From Candidatus Marinacidobacterales bacterium (GTDB lineage Bacteria; Acidobacteriota; Vicinamibacteria; Marinacidobacterales; DATDRI01): DNA of 64,000 nt. Below are positions 41,443-51,109 of this stretch, piece by piece. The notes under the pieces are model-generated. The model worked only from the letters and a program-made list of their open reading frames with translations. It did not search any database and was not told the origin of the DNA. Position 1 is the first letter of the stretch. Each line of letters opens with the position of its first letter. Location: assembly GCA_965219415.1 (NCBI GenBank), contig CBDCNP010000002.1:1728001-1792000 (forward strand), written 5' to 3'. The translations under genes were made by a program, and so were the position numbers.

Positions 41443-42769
41443 ATGGCAGATGAATCCATACTCATCGTAGGAGAGCACCTAATCCACGGGGATTTTGTTT
41501 CCGACCTGACCGGCCAGGCCTGGCAGTTGTCGCACGCCCCATCCTTCAGCGAGGCGGTCGAGATACTTTGGGAACGGCCGCACCATCTGGTGGTGATCGA
41601 CGCCGAATCGCTGACGGAGCCGATCCGCCGGGCAATCCAGATCGCGAAGTCGACCGATCCTGACTTGGAGATACTCCTCGTAGCCCCGGCCGGAATGGAC
41701 CTGCAAGGACTCGAAGCGCCTCAACTCCGCCCGGCGGGGCTCTTGGTCAAGCCGCTGGAGCGGAAAACTCTCGCCATGGCGGTCGAGTCCGCGCTGGTTC
41801 ACCGCAAACTCCTTCAAGAAAACCGTATCCTAAAACGACAACTGGGACAGGCACTGAGTTTGGGGGACTGGGTGGGTTGTACTCCCGAGTCCCAGGAGGT
41901 GAGAAAAGCCATCGCCACCGCGGCACTCTCCACCGGTCCAGTCCTCCTGCTATGCGAGGACGGCACGGGTCGACGGCTGGCCGCTGACCTCATCCATCGA
42001 CATGGCCGGAACCCTAACTCGACATTCCTTCCCGTGGAAATTCCCAGCCTGCCGAGAGGAGAGCTGACGCGGCTCCTCGAAGAGCTGACGACAGGGGAGG
42101 AGCCGGGGCGTTTTCCCGCCTATAGCTCTGGCACGTTTCGTCCCGGCGCTATCTACTTTTCCGAGCTCACCGCTCTTTCGCCACTCGATCAAGAGGCCTT
42201 GTACAAGCTGATGGAACGGCCGGTTCCGTTCCGAATCATCGCCTCCGCCGATCCCTCGATCAAGGAAGTGGTGCGTCGTGGTGAGTTCGACAGCCGGTTG
42301 TTCGATCAACTCTCCGCGGTTCGTATCTCCATACCTCCTTTGCGCGAGGTGCGAGGAGACATACCGGTATTGGTCGACCATTTCTTGAAACACGTCTGTG
42401 AGCGTGTCGGTCTAAAACCACTGGGGGTTCCCTCTCAAACGATCGAAAACTACCTCTCGTACGATTGGCCCGGTAACGTTGCCGAACTCTCGATGGTCAT
42501 CGAACGCGCCGTCTCCATGGCCTCCGCCGCTAGGTTCGACGGAACGACGCTCCCGGAGCAGTTCTGCGCCGCCCCCTCGTTCGGGGTTCCAGAGACCGCG
42601 AAACTGAACAACCTGTCCCTCCGTCGAGTTCATCGCAGACATCGAAAAACGCATCATCATCCAGACGCTGGAACGCGTAGACGGCAGCCAGAAGAGGGCA
42701 GCGGAGAGACTTCGTCTCAACCCCACGACGCTTCACGAGAAGATGAAGCGCCACAAGATTCTCCCATAG
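41443..42769 (+). pseudogene. Degenerate sigma54-activator-like response regulator, frameshift ~42622 before the Fis HTH
   Basis: Receiver + AAA-like domain (IPPLRE..DIPVLV, WPGNVAEL); HTH GSQKRAAERLRLNPTTLHEKMK in a shifted frame. Confidence 0.75.
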
Positions 42770-42807
42770 AATCACGGCGGGGCTCGCCCACGGTGGCTAA
42801 GTGGATT

Positions 42808-42876
42808 CCGCTAACGACGGCGGGCCTGCCACGCCCTAGCCGTGGGCAGCGTTGTAAGCGTCACGGCGTAGGCGGG
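42808..42876. repeat. Family-A palindromic unit between convergent genes
   Basis: CCACGCCCTAGCCGTG...CACGGCGTAGGCGGG, similar to 7199-7249. Confidence 0.55.
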
Positions 42877-42877
42877 C

Positions 42878-43480
42878 CTAGCTCTTGGAGCCTTCCTCGA
42901 TTGCCTCGACGATGGTCTGCTGCTGCTCGGCCGTCAACTGCCCGCCCGTAGCAAGAGAGATCTCCCCACTCCCTTCGAGCACGAGAGTATAGGGCACCCT
43001 CTCGATGCCTAACGTGCGGATCGCTGCGCGCCCGGCGAGACAATAGACGTTCCACGGAACCTCGTTGGTTTGCACGTACTGAGAAGTGGTTACCGGTTCC
43101 ATGACGGACAACCCAACAACCTCGATGGCCTGCGACTTCGCCTGCTGATAAAGCTCTTTCCAGATCGGAAGCGTGGCGTGGCAAACCGAACAGGTCGGAG
43201 AGAATATGAACACCAAGATGGGTCGCTCGCCCCCCGGTGGGCGAAGCTCTAGCTGCTCACCGTCGAGCGAGATGAGGGGAACCACCGGAAGGGTGTTCCC
43301 GGCGGCGAGGCTTGGATTCGCCGCTGTCGGTGCCGAGCTGGGCCCTTCTGCGATAGCGGAGGGTTTGGTGGCACCCTGATAGAGTAGATACCCGGTGACT
43401 GCCAAGACGACAACCACAAAGGCGAGGACTTCCTTGGTCAGTGACTTTTTCTTGGTCTCTTTCGGTTGTTTTTTTGCCAT
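42878..43480 (-). CDS. Membrane-anchored thioredoxin-fold (TlpA/redoxin-like) protein
   Basis: N-terminal TM helix; FSPTCSVC CxxC; cis-Pro motif VPYT. Confidence 0.8.
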   Translation of the reverse strand: MAKKQPKETKKKSLTKEVLAFVVVVLAVTGYLLYQGATKPSAIAEGPSSAPTAANPSLAAGNTLPVVPLISLDGEQLELRPPGGERPILVFIFSPTCSVCHATLPIWKELYQQAKSQAIEVVGLSVMEPVTTSQYVQTNEVPWNVYCLAGRAAIRTLGIERVPYTLVLEGSGEISLATGGQLTAEQQQTIVEAIEEGSKS

Positions 43481-43484
43481 GATC

Positions 43485-43514
43485 TTGACAAATTCGCGCT
43501 CTGGCGTTTAGACT
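43485..43514 (+). promoter_or_regulatory. Putative sigma70 promoter of pal
   Basis: TTGACA-N18-TAGACT. Confidence 0.45.
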
Positions 43515-43662
43515 AACGCGCCGATTTCGGGTACTTTACCAGTTTCGTGACTCCGAATGGAAAACAGCCCAGGGACCACGCCCCAGTACGCAGGCCGATT
43601 GTGAGCGGTGTCACGAGGAACCATTTCATTTCTACCTATCATAACGCGTAGGAGGTGACTTC

Positions 43663-44226
43663 GTGAAGAGACGATGGATAGCCTGGTTAGGGCTGTTCGC
43701 ATTTGTCGCGGTTTTAGCGACCGAGCTGGTTGGCTGTGGAAAAAAGCCACCGCCGCCGCCTCCACCACCGCCACCGAAGGAGGAGCCGCCCCCACCACCG
43801 CCGCCGCCTCCACCACCACCGCCTCCGCCGCCGAAGGCCCCCACGGAGGAGGATCTCTTTATTCAGGCGACTGCGATCGAGCTCCAAAAGAACCTGTCCG
43901 ACGCCTATTTCGACTATGACCGGTCGGATCTGCGGCCCGAGGCGAGGGACGCCCTGGCCAAAAGCGCGGATTGGTTGAAGCTCGGTTACAACACTGCGGT
44001 TATCGAGGTCGAAGGACACTGCGATGAGCGCGGAACGGTGGAGTACAACTTGGCGCTCGGGGAACGTCGAGCCAAGTCTGCGATGGACTATCTCCTCTCA
44101 CTTGGTGTGCCGGCAAACCGACTCCGCACGATCAGCTACGGGAAAGACCGACCACAGTGTACGGAGTCTAACGAGGACTGCTGGCAGCGGAATCGCCGAG
44201 CCCATCTTCGCATCGAGTCCAAGTAA
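43663..44226 (+). CDS. pal: Peptidoglycan-associated lipoprotein (OmpA family) with poly-Pro linker
   Basis: Lipobox LVGC; YFDYD, EGHCDERGTVEYNLALGERRA, SYGK, NRRA. Confidence 0.9.
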   Translation: MKRRWIAWLGLFAFVAVLATELVGCGKKPPPPPPPPPPKEEPPPPPPPPPPPPPPPPKAPTEEDLFIQATAIELQKNLSDAYFDYDRSDLRPEARDALAKSADWLKLGYNTAVIEVEGHCDERGTVEYNLALGERRAKSAMDYLLSLGVPANRLRTISYGKDRPQCTESNEDCWQRNRRAHLRIESK

Positions 44227-44253
44227 CTTTTCGGTCATTCGGGGACCCCGGAG

Positions 44254-44544
44254 CTAGCACGCTTCGGGGTCCCTCGCTCTCCGAAGCCGCTCCCGCAAGG
44301 CGTCCCGGGTGGTGCGAAACTTGAACGCTTTTTTTCCATCAACCAGGAGCACCGGTATCTGCTCGCCATAATCCGCCTCCAAAGCGGGGTCGGTGGATAC
44401 ATCGACCTCCCGGAGGCGCGCCTCGAAATCTCCGAGCACCTGAGCTATCAGCTCCTTCATTTCATCGCACAAGCGACAACCCGGCCGGCTATAGAGGACC
44501 AGGTCGATCGGCTCCGCTTCTCGTCCCGACCGTCGAGTCTCCAT
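44254..44544 (-). CDS. Glutaredoxin-like protein (DUF836 type)
   Basis: LYSRPGCRLCD, YGEQIPVL; ATG at 44544. Confidence 0.8.
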   Translation of the reverse strand: METRRSGREAEPIDLVLYSRPGCRLCDEMKELIAQVLGDFEARLREVDVSTDPALEADYGEQIPVLLVDGKKAFKFRTTRDALRERLRRARDPEAC

Positions 44545-44551
44545 GGAACCG

Positions 44552-45259
44552 TCAGACCGAGTCGATCTCTTCCAAGACTCGCACCGCGGCGGCTCGGGGG
44601 TCCGGCTGGCCGGTGATCGCCCGGCCGACGACGATATAGCGAGCTCCCGCACGAGCCGCATCGGCGGGGGTCGCGACTCTGGTTTGATCGTGGGTCTGAC
44701 TCGCCCAAGTTGGCCGAACTCCCGGCACCAGCACTTCTAGCTCCCCGGCGGTGGCCTCGCGTATGTCAGCCACTTCCGTGGCAGCCGCCACCACGCCATC
44801 CAATCCGCAGCGGTGAGCAATCCGCGCCAAGCGGACCGCTTGCTCGCGACTAGAAGCCTTCATCCCTAGTGTCGGCAGCTCCTCGTCCGCGAGGTGCGTG
44901 AGAACTGTGATGCCGAAGACCAGCGGACGACCCCCGCCGGAATTGCTTGCCGAGTCCATGGCCGCTCTGAGCATAGCTTCGCCTCCCGAGGCGTGGACGT
45001 CCACGAGACTGACTCCTAGCTCCGAGGCGGCGGCTACCGCTCGGCCGACTGTGTTCGGTATGTCATGGAACTTCAGATCCAGGAAGACGCGCGACTCTGC
45101 CCTGAGCAGCGCCTCGACCACTTCGGGCCCGCCAGCGGTGAACAGCTCACTCCCTACTTTGAAGAAATCGACGACCTCCGCCAGGTGCTCTCGAAGTTCG
45201 AGCGCCGGTCGAGGATCGGGATAATCTAGAGCGACGATTAGAGACGGTGACGACATCAC
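44552..45259 (-). CDS. pyrF: Orotidine-5'-phosphate decarboxylase
   Basis: IVALD, FLDLKFHDIPNTV, PGVRP, VVGRAIT. Confidence 0.96.
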   Translation of the reverse strand: MMSSPSLIVALDYPDPRPALELREHLAEVVDFFKVGSELFTAGGPEVVEALLRAESRVFLDLKFHDIPNTVGRAVAAASELGVSLVDVHASGGEAMLRAAMDSASNSGGGRPLVFGITVLTHLADEELPTLGMKASSREQAVRLARIAHRCGLDGVVAAATEVADIREATAGELEVLVPGVRPTWASQTHDQTRVATPADAARAGARYIVVGRAITGQPDPRAAAVRVLEEIDSV

Positions 45260-46203
45260 CAGCCCGACGGCGCGACTCCCTCGGCATGAAGGCTTCCTGA
45301 GAGCTCGACAATGGATGTGAGACTATGACGATCGCAGTACTCCTCGAGCCCAGCAAGAGTGCGTGACCAGACGGAGGGGTCGACGAAGTTCATCGTACCG
45401 ATCTGCACCGCCCGCGCACCCGCGATAATGAACTCCAAGGCATCCTGCGCAGTGGCAATCCCACCGATCCCAATGACCGGAATTTTCACCGCTTGCGCCG
45501 TCTGATACACCAGGCGGACGGCGATCGGCCGAATGGCGGGACCGGAGAGACCGCCCACCACGTTGGCCAACCTTGGCCGACGCGTTTCGACGTCGATGGC
45601 CATCGCCGGGATGGTATTGATGAGGGACAAGGCATCCGCCCCCGCAGATTCCACGCGGCGGGCGATGGCCGCGATATCCGTTACGTTGGGGCTCAGTTTC
45701 GGAATCACCGGCAGTGGCGTCTTGGAACGAACGATCTCCGTGACCCTCGCGGCAAGATCCGGATCGCAGCCGAAGAGGATCCCCCCTTCGTTCACATTAG
45801 GGCAGGAGATGTTCAGCTCGATCCCAGCGACGCCCTCTTCATCGCTTAGAACTCGAGCCAACTCGCCATACTCCTCGAGGGTGCTTCCGCAGATATTGAC
45901 CAGGACGGCGGGACCCAGTTCTCGGAGCTCCGGCAGCTTCTCCTCGATGAAACGTGTGACGCCGATCTCCTGCAGACCGATGGCGTTCAGCATGCCGGAC
46001 GGTGTTTCCCAAATGCGGGGTGGCGGACAGCCGGGCCTTGGTTGCAGGTAAAGCCCTTTGACCGCGATGGCACCGATCGCGGAGTAATCGGCGACATCGA
46101 GATACTCGGTCCCGTAGCCGAAGGTGCCGCTAGCGGCGATAAGCGGCGAGGCCAGCATGAGCCCCGCGATCTCGACGGAGAGATTGGGACGCTTTTCAAT
46201 CAT
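45256..46203 (-). CDS. pyrD: Dihydroorotate dehydrogenase (family 1B) catalytic subunit
   Basis: ASGTFGYG, NAIGL, ELNISCPN, KLSPNV, GGLSGPAIRP. Confidence 0.95.
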   Translation of the reverse strand: MIEKRPNLSVEIAGLMLASPLIAASGTFGYGTEYLDVADYSAIGAIAVKGLYLQPRPGCPPPRIWETPSGMLNAIGLQEIGVTRFIEEKLPELRELGPAVLVNICGSTLEEYGELARVLSDEEGVAGIELNISCPNVNEGGILFGCDPDLAARVTEIVRSKTPLPVIPKLSPNVTDIAAIARRVESAGADALSLINTIPAMAIDVETRRPRLANVVGGLSGPAIRPIAVRLVYQTAQAVKIPVIGIGGIATAQDALEFIIAGARAVQIGTMNFVDPSVWSRTLAGLEEYCDRHSLTSIVELSGSLHAEGVAPSGW

Positions 46204-47012
46204 AACGGGTGCGGATCTCTATCCCAATGGATTCGACCGGCGTCGAAAACCGGACCCTCCGTACAGGCGCGATGATACCCCCCTTCACCGTTGCCATCCT
46301 GCTCGCCGACAAAAACGACGCAACCTAGGCAGCAACCCATACCGCAACCCATACGTCGCTCGATGGAGACCTGGTGAGGGACACCCCTCTCGGCCGCCAA
46401 AACTGCCACTCGCCGTAGCATCCCCGAAGGACCGCAGGAGTAGAGTTGCACCGGCCGAGGTCCTCTTAACGCCTCTGGTAGCAGATCTGTCACGACGCCG
46501 CAGTGCCCATCGCTGCCATCTTCGGTGGAACAGACGACTTCCATGCCTAGTTCCGCGAATTCGTTCTTCAAGTAGAGGTCACGAGCCTGGCGCCCGCCCA
46601 GTAGCACACGTGCCGTCACGCCGCTCTCGGCCAAAGTCTCACAAAAATAAAGGAAGGGTGCGATGCCAACACCGCCGGCAACGACAACCGGACGGGCGTC
46701 GGCGGGCGGGCGGTCGAAAGACGTTCCCAACGGCCCTAGACAATGAACTCCTCCGCCCAAGGGGAGCTCCGCCAACACGCGTGTTCCTTGGCCAACCACC
46801 TTTACCAGGAGACTGAACCGGTGCGCCACCGGCTCCACCGAACAGATGGAGTACGGGCGACGCAGCAGCAACCCTTCGCCAGGTGTGCGCACCATCGTGA
46901 ACTGCCCCGGTGAGGACGCCGAGGGGAGGGTCGTTGCTTCGAAAAAAAGGAGGTAGGCATCGGGGGAGAGGACACGCCGCTCGACCAGAACGGCCCACTC
47001 GTCCCGCTTCAT
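46200..47012 (-). CDS. pyrK: Dihydroorotate dehydrogenase electron transfer subunit
   Basis: PGQF, RRPYS, GPLG, GGVGIAP, MGCGMGCCLGC...C. Confidence 0.93.
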   Translation of the reverse strand: MKRDEWAVLVERRVLSPDAYLLFFEATTLPSASSPGQFTMVRTPGEGLLLRRPYSICSVEPVAHRFSLLVKVVGQGTRVLAELPLGGGVHCLGPLGTSFDRPPADARPVVVAGGVGIAPFLYFCETLAESGVTARVLLGGRQARDLYLKNEFAELGMEVVCSTEDGSDGHCGVVTDLLPEALRGPRPVQLYSCGPSGMLRRVAVLAAERGVPHQVSIERRMGCGMGCCLGCVVFVGEQDGNGEGGYHRACTEGPVFDAGRIHWDRDPHPL

Positions 47013-47070
47013 CCCTGGGGGAGTATAGCACGTCGGTCCTCTCCGACTGCCGAGCGCATGCGGGGCGCCT

Positions 47071-47099
47071 TTGACACTGACAATCGAATGTGATACTTA
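47071..47099 (+). promoter_or_regulatory. Putative promoter for the MreB-like gene (a divergent extended -10 TGCTATACT for pyrK lies at 47022-47030, minus strand)
   Basis: TTGACA at 47071 followed by TGTGATACTTA. Confidence 0.4.
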
Positions 47100-47139
47100 A
47101 AGAGACACTCAAACAAGCACCGAACCCAAAAAAAAGATC

Positions 47140-48315
47140 GTGTTTAATTATCAAGAAATAGGTCTAGCCCTCGACTCTCGCGAGTGCGTAGTACTCCACG
47201 CGCGACGTCGCGGAGACGTCGAGGAACAACGGACTCCCGCGCTGGCTCAAGTCAGCGGTAGGGAGATTCGTGCGGTTGGGCAGCGCGCTTTTCGCCTGGT
47301 TGGTAAATCCAATGACATCGTAAGCGTCTTCCCGGGGCGCATCGAGGATCCGCTCGTACTAAGCGGCTATCTCGAAATCGTCGTGCCCCCGACATCGAGC
47401 TGGGCTCGGCGACGCTTGTGGGCAACGGTCCCCACCGCGGCCAGCCTTCAATCACAATTGAATATCCGCAGCTGTCTCGACCACAGCATCCGCTCCAAGG
47501 ACATCACCCTAGTGCCAGAGATCCTGGCCGCGGCGCTAAGAGCGGGTCTGCCGGTCTTGAGGCACGACGACGATTCCCACCGGGCTCGGATGGTCGTGCA
47601 CGTCGGCAGCACCCGTGTCGCGTCCAGCGTTTTTGTGGATGGGAACTTAGCGAGCTTGGTGGTGCACGACGGGAATCGGGACCGGTTGGTTCGGGACGTG
47701 CAAGAGAACCTTCAGTTTCGATTAGGCACTACCTTCGGATTCAACACTTTTCATAAGGTGGTGCGGACACTGTCAAAGAGTTTCTTCGACCGACAGGTGA
47801 ACGACTCGCGAGTGAAAACACCGGTAACCCCGGAGGTTGTGACGAACACCGCTGACGGCATGCCCGCGGTGCTCGAACCGGCGGGCGAGTTTCTTCCCGA
47901 AGTTTCCCCGCCGTCCAACCTCAGAAGCTTCAGTGGGCGGGGTCTCATCGAGTACGTCGTGGAAGACGAGACCATTAGTCGCGCCATCGACATCCAACTC
48001 AAGAACCTTTTGTTTGCGATCGAGAAAGTTATCTTTGGTTGCTTCGCCCAACTGAAAGGGGCAGGTCGAGGCGAGATCGCGAGCGACCTTTTCTCCGATC
48101 GCATCTTTCTGTGCGGAGACGTTTACTTCGAGCCCTCGGCGCTGTCTCGCTACTTTTCTCGGCTGACTCGATTCCGTTTCGAGCACGTCAACGGGAATCC
48201 GGTCGCGAAGGGGCTTCGCCGAATCCTCACCTCGGACACCACTCACAAGAAAAACTATCGAGACCTCGCCTCCAACATCCACGAAATCGAGCGGCTCCAT
48301 CTCAGTTTGATTTAG
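47140..48315 (+). CDS. Divergent MreB/actin-like protein with degenerate nucleotide-binding motifs
   Basis: Colinear with MreB: AVGQRA..LVGK, VP, EILAAALRAGLPV, MVVHVG, IASDL..RIFLCG, VAKG. Confidence 0.7.
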   Translation: MFNYQEIGLALDSRECVVLHARRRGDVEEQRTPALAQVSGREIRAVGQRAFRLVGKSNDIVSVFPGRIEDPLVLSGYLEIVVPPTSSWARRRLWATVPTAASLQSQLNIRSCLDHSIRSKDITLVPEILAAALRAGLPVLRHDDDSHRARMVVHVGSTRVASSVFVDGNLASLVVHDGNRDRLVRDVQENLQFRLGTTFGFNTFHKVVRTLSKSFFDRQVNDSRVKTPVTPEVVTNTADGMPAVLEPAGEFLPEVSPPSNLRSFSGRGLIEYVVEDETISRAIDIQLKNLLFAIEKVIFGCFAQLKGAGRGEIASDLFSDRIFLCGDVYFEPSALSRYFSRLTRFRFEHVNGNPVAKGLRRILTSDTTHKKNYRDLASNIHEIERLHLSLI

Positions 48316-49213
48316 AGAGCCGGAGAGCGGCTTCTACCGTCCCGACGTGGATTCGGACGGTATCTCGAGTATCTTGGGCGTATCCACCGGCGAGCACGAC
48401 GGCTACCGGAATCGAATGTTTCAGCGACTCAGCGAGTACCATCCCATCTCTTTCGGCTAGCTCTTCCAAGGTCAAGCCCAATCCGCCAAGGCGATCCTGA
48501 CGGTAAGGATCGGCACCCGCCAAATAAACTATCAAGTCAGGGCGGTGTTTTTTCAATATGGCGGGAAGATGCCTTCCTAGCGCCTCCAAGTACACACCCC
48601 CGCCGGTCCCGTCTGGCAGTCCGATATCGAGATCGGAAGGGGGCTTCACCGAGGGATAGTTGCTTTGCTGGTGCATGCTGAACGTAAAGACCTCGGGCCA
48701 ATCGGAGAAGATAGCCGCGGTGCCGTTTCCCTGGTGAACGTCCAAGTCCACGATCGCGGACCGCAGTATCCTTCCACGCGCGTGCATCGAGGCCAGGGAG
48801 ATGGCGACATCGTTAAGTAGACAAAACCCTTCGCCATGGTCGGCGAACGCGTGGTGGTAGCCTCCCGAGAGGTTTATCGCAACACTTTTCTCGAGAGCGC
48901 GCTCACAAGCGAGAAGCGTTCCTCCCGTCGACGACCAGACGCCCCTGACAAGGCCTTCTGAAAAGGGAAGCTTGAGTCTCGCCGCTTCTTCGTAGCTCAA
49001 CGTTCCCGTTTTGATCTTCTCCAGATACTCACGGGTGTGAGCACGCAGGACATCAACGTCTTGAATAGGAGGTGGCTCAATGAAGTCGCCGACCGATGCA
49101 GTTTCTTCCGAAAGCAGGCGCTCCCTGACGAGGCGGTACTTGATGGCCGGGAAGACATGATCTCCCAGGTCGACAATGTAGTCCTCGCTATAAACCAGCG
49201 GGAAGGGAAGCAT
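48302..49213 (-). CDS. Histone deacetylase family protein
   Basis: GGYHHA, GFCLLND, DLDVHQGNGT, AGADPY..DRLG, LAGGY. Confidence 0.92.
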   Translation of the reverse strand: MLPFPLVYSEDYIVDLGDHVFPAIKYRLVRERLLSEETASVGDFIEPPPIQDVDVLRAHTREYLEKIKTGTLSYEEAARLKLPFSEGLVRGVWSSTGGTLLACERALEKSVAINLSGGYHHAFADHGEGFCLLNDVAISLASMHARGRILRSAIVDLDVHQGNGTAAIFSDWPEVFTFSMHQQSNYPSVKPPSDLDIGLPDGTGGGVYLEALGRHLPAILKKHRPDLIVYLAGADPYRQDRLGGLGLTLEELAERDGMVLAESLKHSIPVAVVLAGGYAQDTRDTVRIHVGTVEAALRLSKSN

Positions 49214-49232
49214 CTATGGTCGGAGCGAAACC

Positions 49233-49883
49233 TCAGGCGGCGTAGGCGGTTCGATAGATATGCCCGATCTTACCCCGTTGAGTGAGCCGATAAAAGTAAC
49301 GGAGCTCGGCGAGGAGGTCTGCGACCCGAGACTCGCGAAGAAAGCGTCGGACCAGAAAAGAGCAGTAGGTACGTGCGAAGGAACTGGCTGTCAAGTAGCG
49401 CTCTCGCCTCGTCCCGTCCAATCCGTCGCGCAGATCGAAGTCTCCGAACAGACGGTCCAAGAGATCAGCGGGAACAAGGCCACGGTTCTTTCGGGCTAGC
49501 AGAAGTGCCGAGGTAACGAACTTGTCTACTTCCGCCTGAAGCTCTAGCTCCAATTGCGTGACAGACTTGTCGCGATGGGCATTCCACATCAAGTAGGCGA
49601 AGTGGCTGACTTCCTCGATCGCAGTGCAGAGTGCCGGGACGTGCTCGGACTCGACGCCGGTGGAGAGGTCGACCTCGCGCAGCCGAGTCAGTGTATCCTC
49701 GCCAACGTAAACGCCCAGCTGGATCGTCTCTTCTTCACCTTGCTGCACGACGACCGCGCTACCGTCGGCGTTGTTGCCGGCCAAGCTTTGACACAGCTCG
49801 CGGCTAATCATGAACTCATCGATTTCCACCTCGAGCTCCAGGTCATAGATCCGATCGATCTGGGCAAGGAGGGTCGCTAGCAT
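49233..49883 (-). CDS. Conserved hypothetical protein with a zincin-like EExxH...E motif
   Basis: IEEVSHFAYL ... LELELQAEVDKF; co-oriented with neighbours. Confidence 0.65.
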   Translation of the reverse strand: MLATLLAQIDRIYDLELEVEIDEFMISRELCQSLAGNNADGSAVVVQQGEEETIQLGVYVGEDTLTRLREVDLSTGVESEHVPALCTAIEEVSHFAYLMWNAHRDKSVTQLELELQAEVDKFVTSALLLARKNRGLVPADLLDRLFGDFDLRDGLDGTRRERYLTASSFARTYCSFLVRRFLRESRVADLLAELRYFYRLTQRGKIGHIYRTAYAA

Positions 49884-49892
49884 CTTCGAGCC

Positions 49893-50492
49893 CTATTGGA
49901 TGAGCTTGGAACCCGGAGCAGGAAGGACACCGTGCTCACGCAGTTTCGCACCGGTCCGCTCGCTCCCCGTCCGAAGCCATTTCTCGTAGAGCCGGAGAAG
50001 ACTCTTGTGATCGGTAAGAGAGCTGGCTTCACTAACCTCGCTTAGGACATCGACGAATCGAACGAATTTGTCCGAAAGCTCCTCGAACACATCCGCCGCG
50101 GTTTGGTGGATACTCAGTCGGGCGGCCCGCCGATAGGCATAGCCTCCCATGCTCACGTAGTAGTCGAAATCGACTCGCTTCCGACTCAGACTGTCGGAGA
50201 AGAACCCGGAGATGAAAAGAGACAGGTCTCCGGTCGCTTTGAAGAGCGCGAACCGACGGGCTTCCGCGCTGGCAATGGCCTCGCAAAGAAGATGGGCGAG
50301 CGGCTGATCGTAGTCGACACCGGAGTCGGAGAGGGCGCGATCCGGCCGGACGAACGAATCGAGCAGTGACACCAAGTAAAACGACGAGACTTCACTCGAA
50401 GTCACCCTCTGTTTGACAATGGCTTTTTCGACAAGCTCTCGGAAGTACTCAGTTGGCGTTTGCGCATGCATGGGACTCTCCTCCGCTCCCAT
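49893..50492 (-). CDS. Conserved hypothetical all-helical protein
   Basis: EYFRELV, YLVSLL, GDLSLFISGFF, DYYVSMGGYAY, LYEKWLRTGS; 9 nt from the next gene. Confidence 0.7.
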   Translation of the reverse strand: MGAEESPMHAQTPTEYFRELVEKAIVKQRVTSSEVSSFYLVSLLDSFVRPDRALSDSGVDYDQPLAHLLCEAIASAEARRFALFKATGDLSLFISGFFSDSLSRKRVDFDYYVSMGGYAYRRAARLSIHQTAADVFEELSDKFVRFVDVLSEVSEASSLTDHKSLLRLYEKWLRTGSERTGAKLREHGVLPAPGSKLIQ

Positions 50493-50520
50493 CGCGTTCG
50501 GAGCCTATGATTCTGATCCA

Positions 50521-50536
50521 AGCAAGATTCGTGCAC
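50521..50536 (-). promoter_or_regulatory. Possible sigma54 (-24/-12) promoter for the hypothetical pair
   Basis: Minus strand GTGCACGAATCTTGCT vs consensus TGGCACG-N4-TTGCW; the -25 G is T. Confidence 0.3.
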
Positions 50537-50665
50537 AAACTGACGCTTCTTCCCAGCCTCTACCTAACCTGTTGCGTAACAGTCTTTTAACGCACCTCCT
50601 CCGATTCGGAAGCACCCCCGGTGTGGGGTCCCGCCCCCGCTCTCAACGTACACAGAACGGTACAT

Positions 50666-51100
50666 TCATGTACCGATCAGTCGTCCATGCTCGATCATGA
50701 TGCAGCGATTCATCACCACTTCGATCCCCGCTTCTCGGGCTCTGAGCGCGGAGTCGTCATCGACCAATCCGAGTTGGAACCACAGCGACTTCGCACCAAC
50801 CGCGATCGTCTCCTCGGTATGCCCGGCCAAAGTGTCCCGACGCCGGAACACGTCGACCATATCTAACTTCTGGGGAACATCCGCGAGGCGCGGATAGCAG
50901 GGTCGGCCGAATATCTCGTCGACATCTGGCCTCACACCGAAAACCGTATAGCCGCGTTCGATGAGGAAACGCGCAATGCGATGACTCGCGCGTTCGGGTC
51001 TCGTGGAAAGCCCCAGCACCGCAATCGTCCGAGATCGCTCCAGGAGGCTTCGTATCTCTTCGTCGTTTGGATTTTGGAAATCGCGCCCGGCGTTATCCAA
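50666..51100 (-). CDS. CoA-binding protein
   Basis: TIAVLGLS..PERAS, DMVDVFR, WFQLG, VMNRCIMIEH. Confidence 0.88.
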   Translation of the reverse strand: MDNAGRDFQNPNDEEIRSLLERSRTIAVLGLSTRPERASHRIARFLIERGYTVFGVRPDVDEIFGRPCYPRLADVPQKLDMVDVFRRRDTLAGHTEETIAVGAKSLWFQLGLVDDDSALRAREAGIEVVMNRCIMIEHGRLIGT

Positions 51101-51109
51101 TAGGCCACC

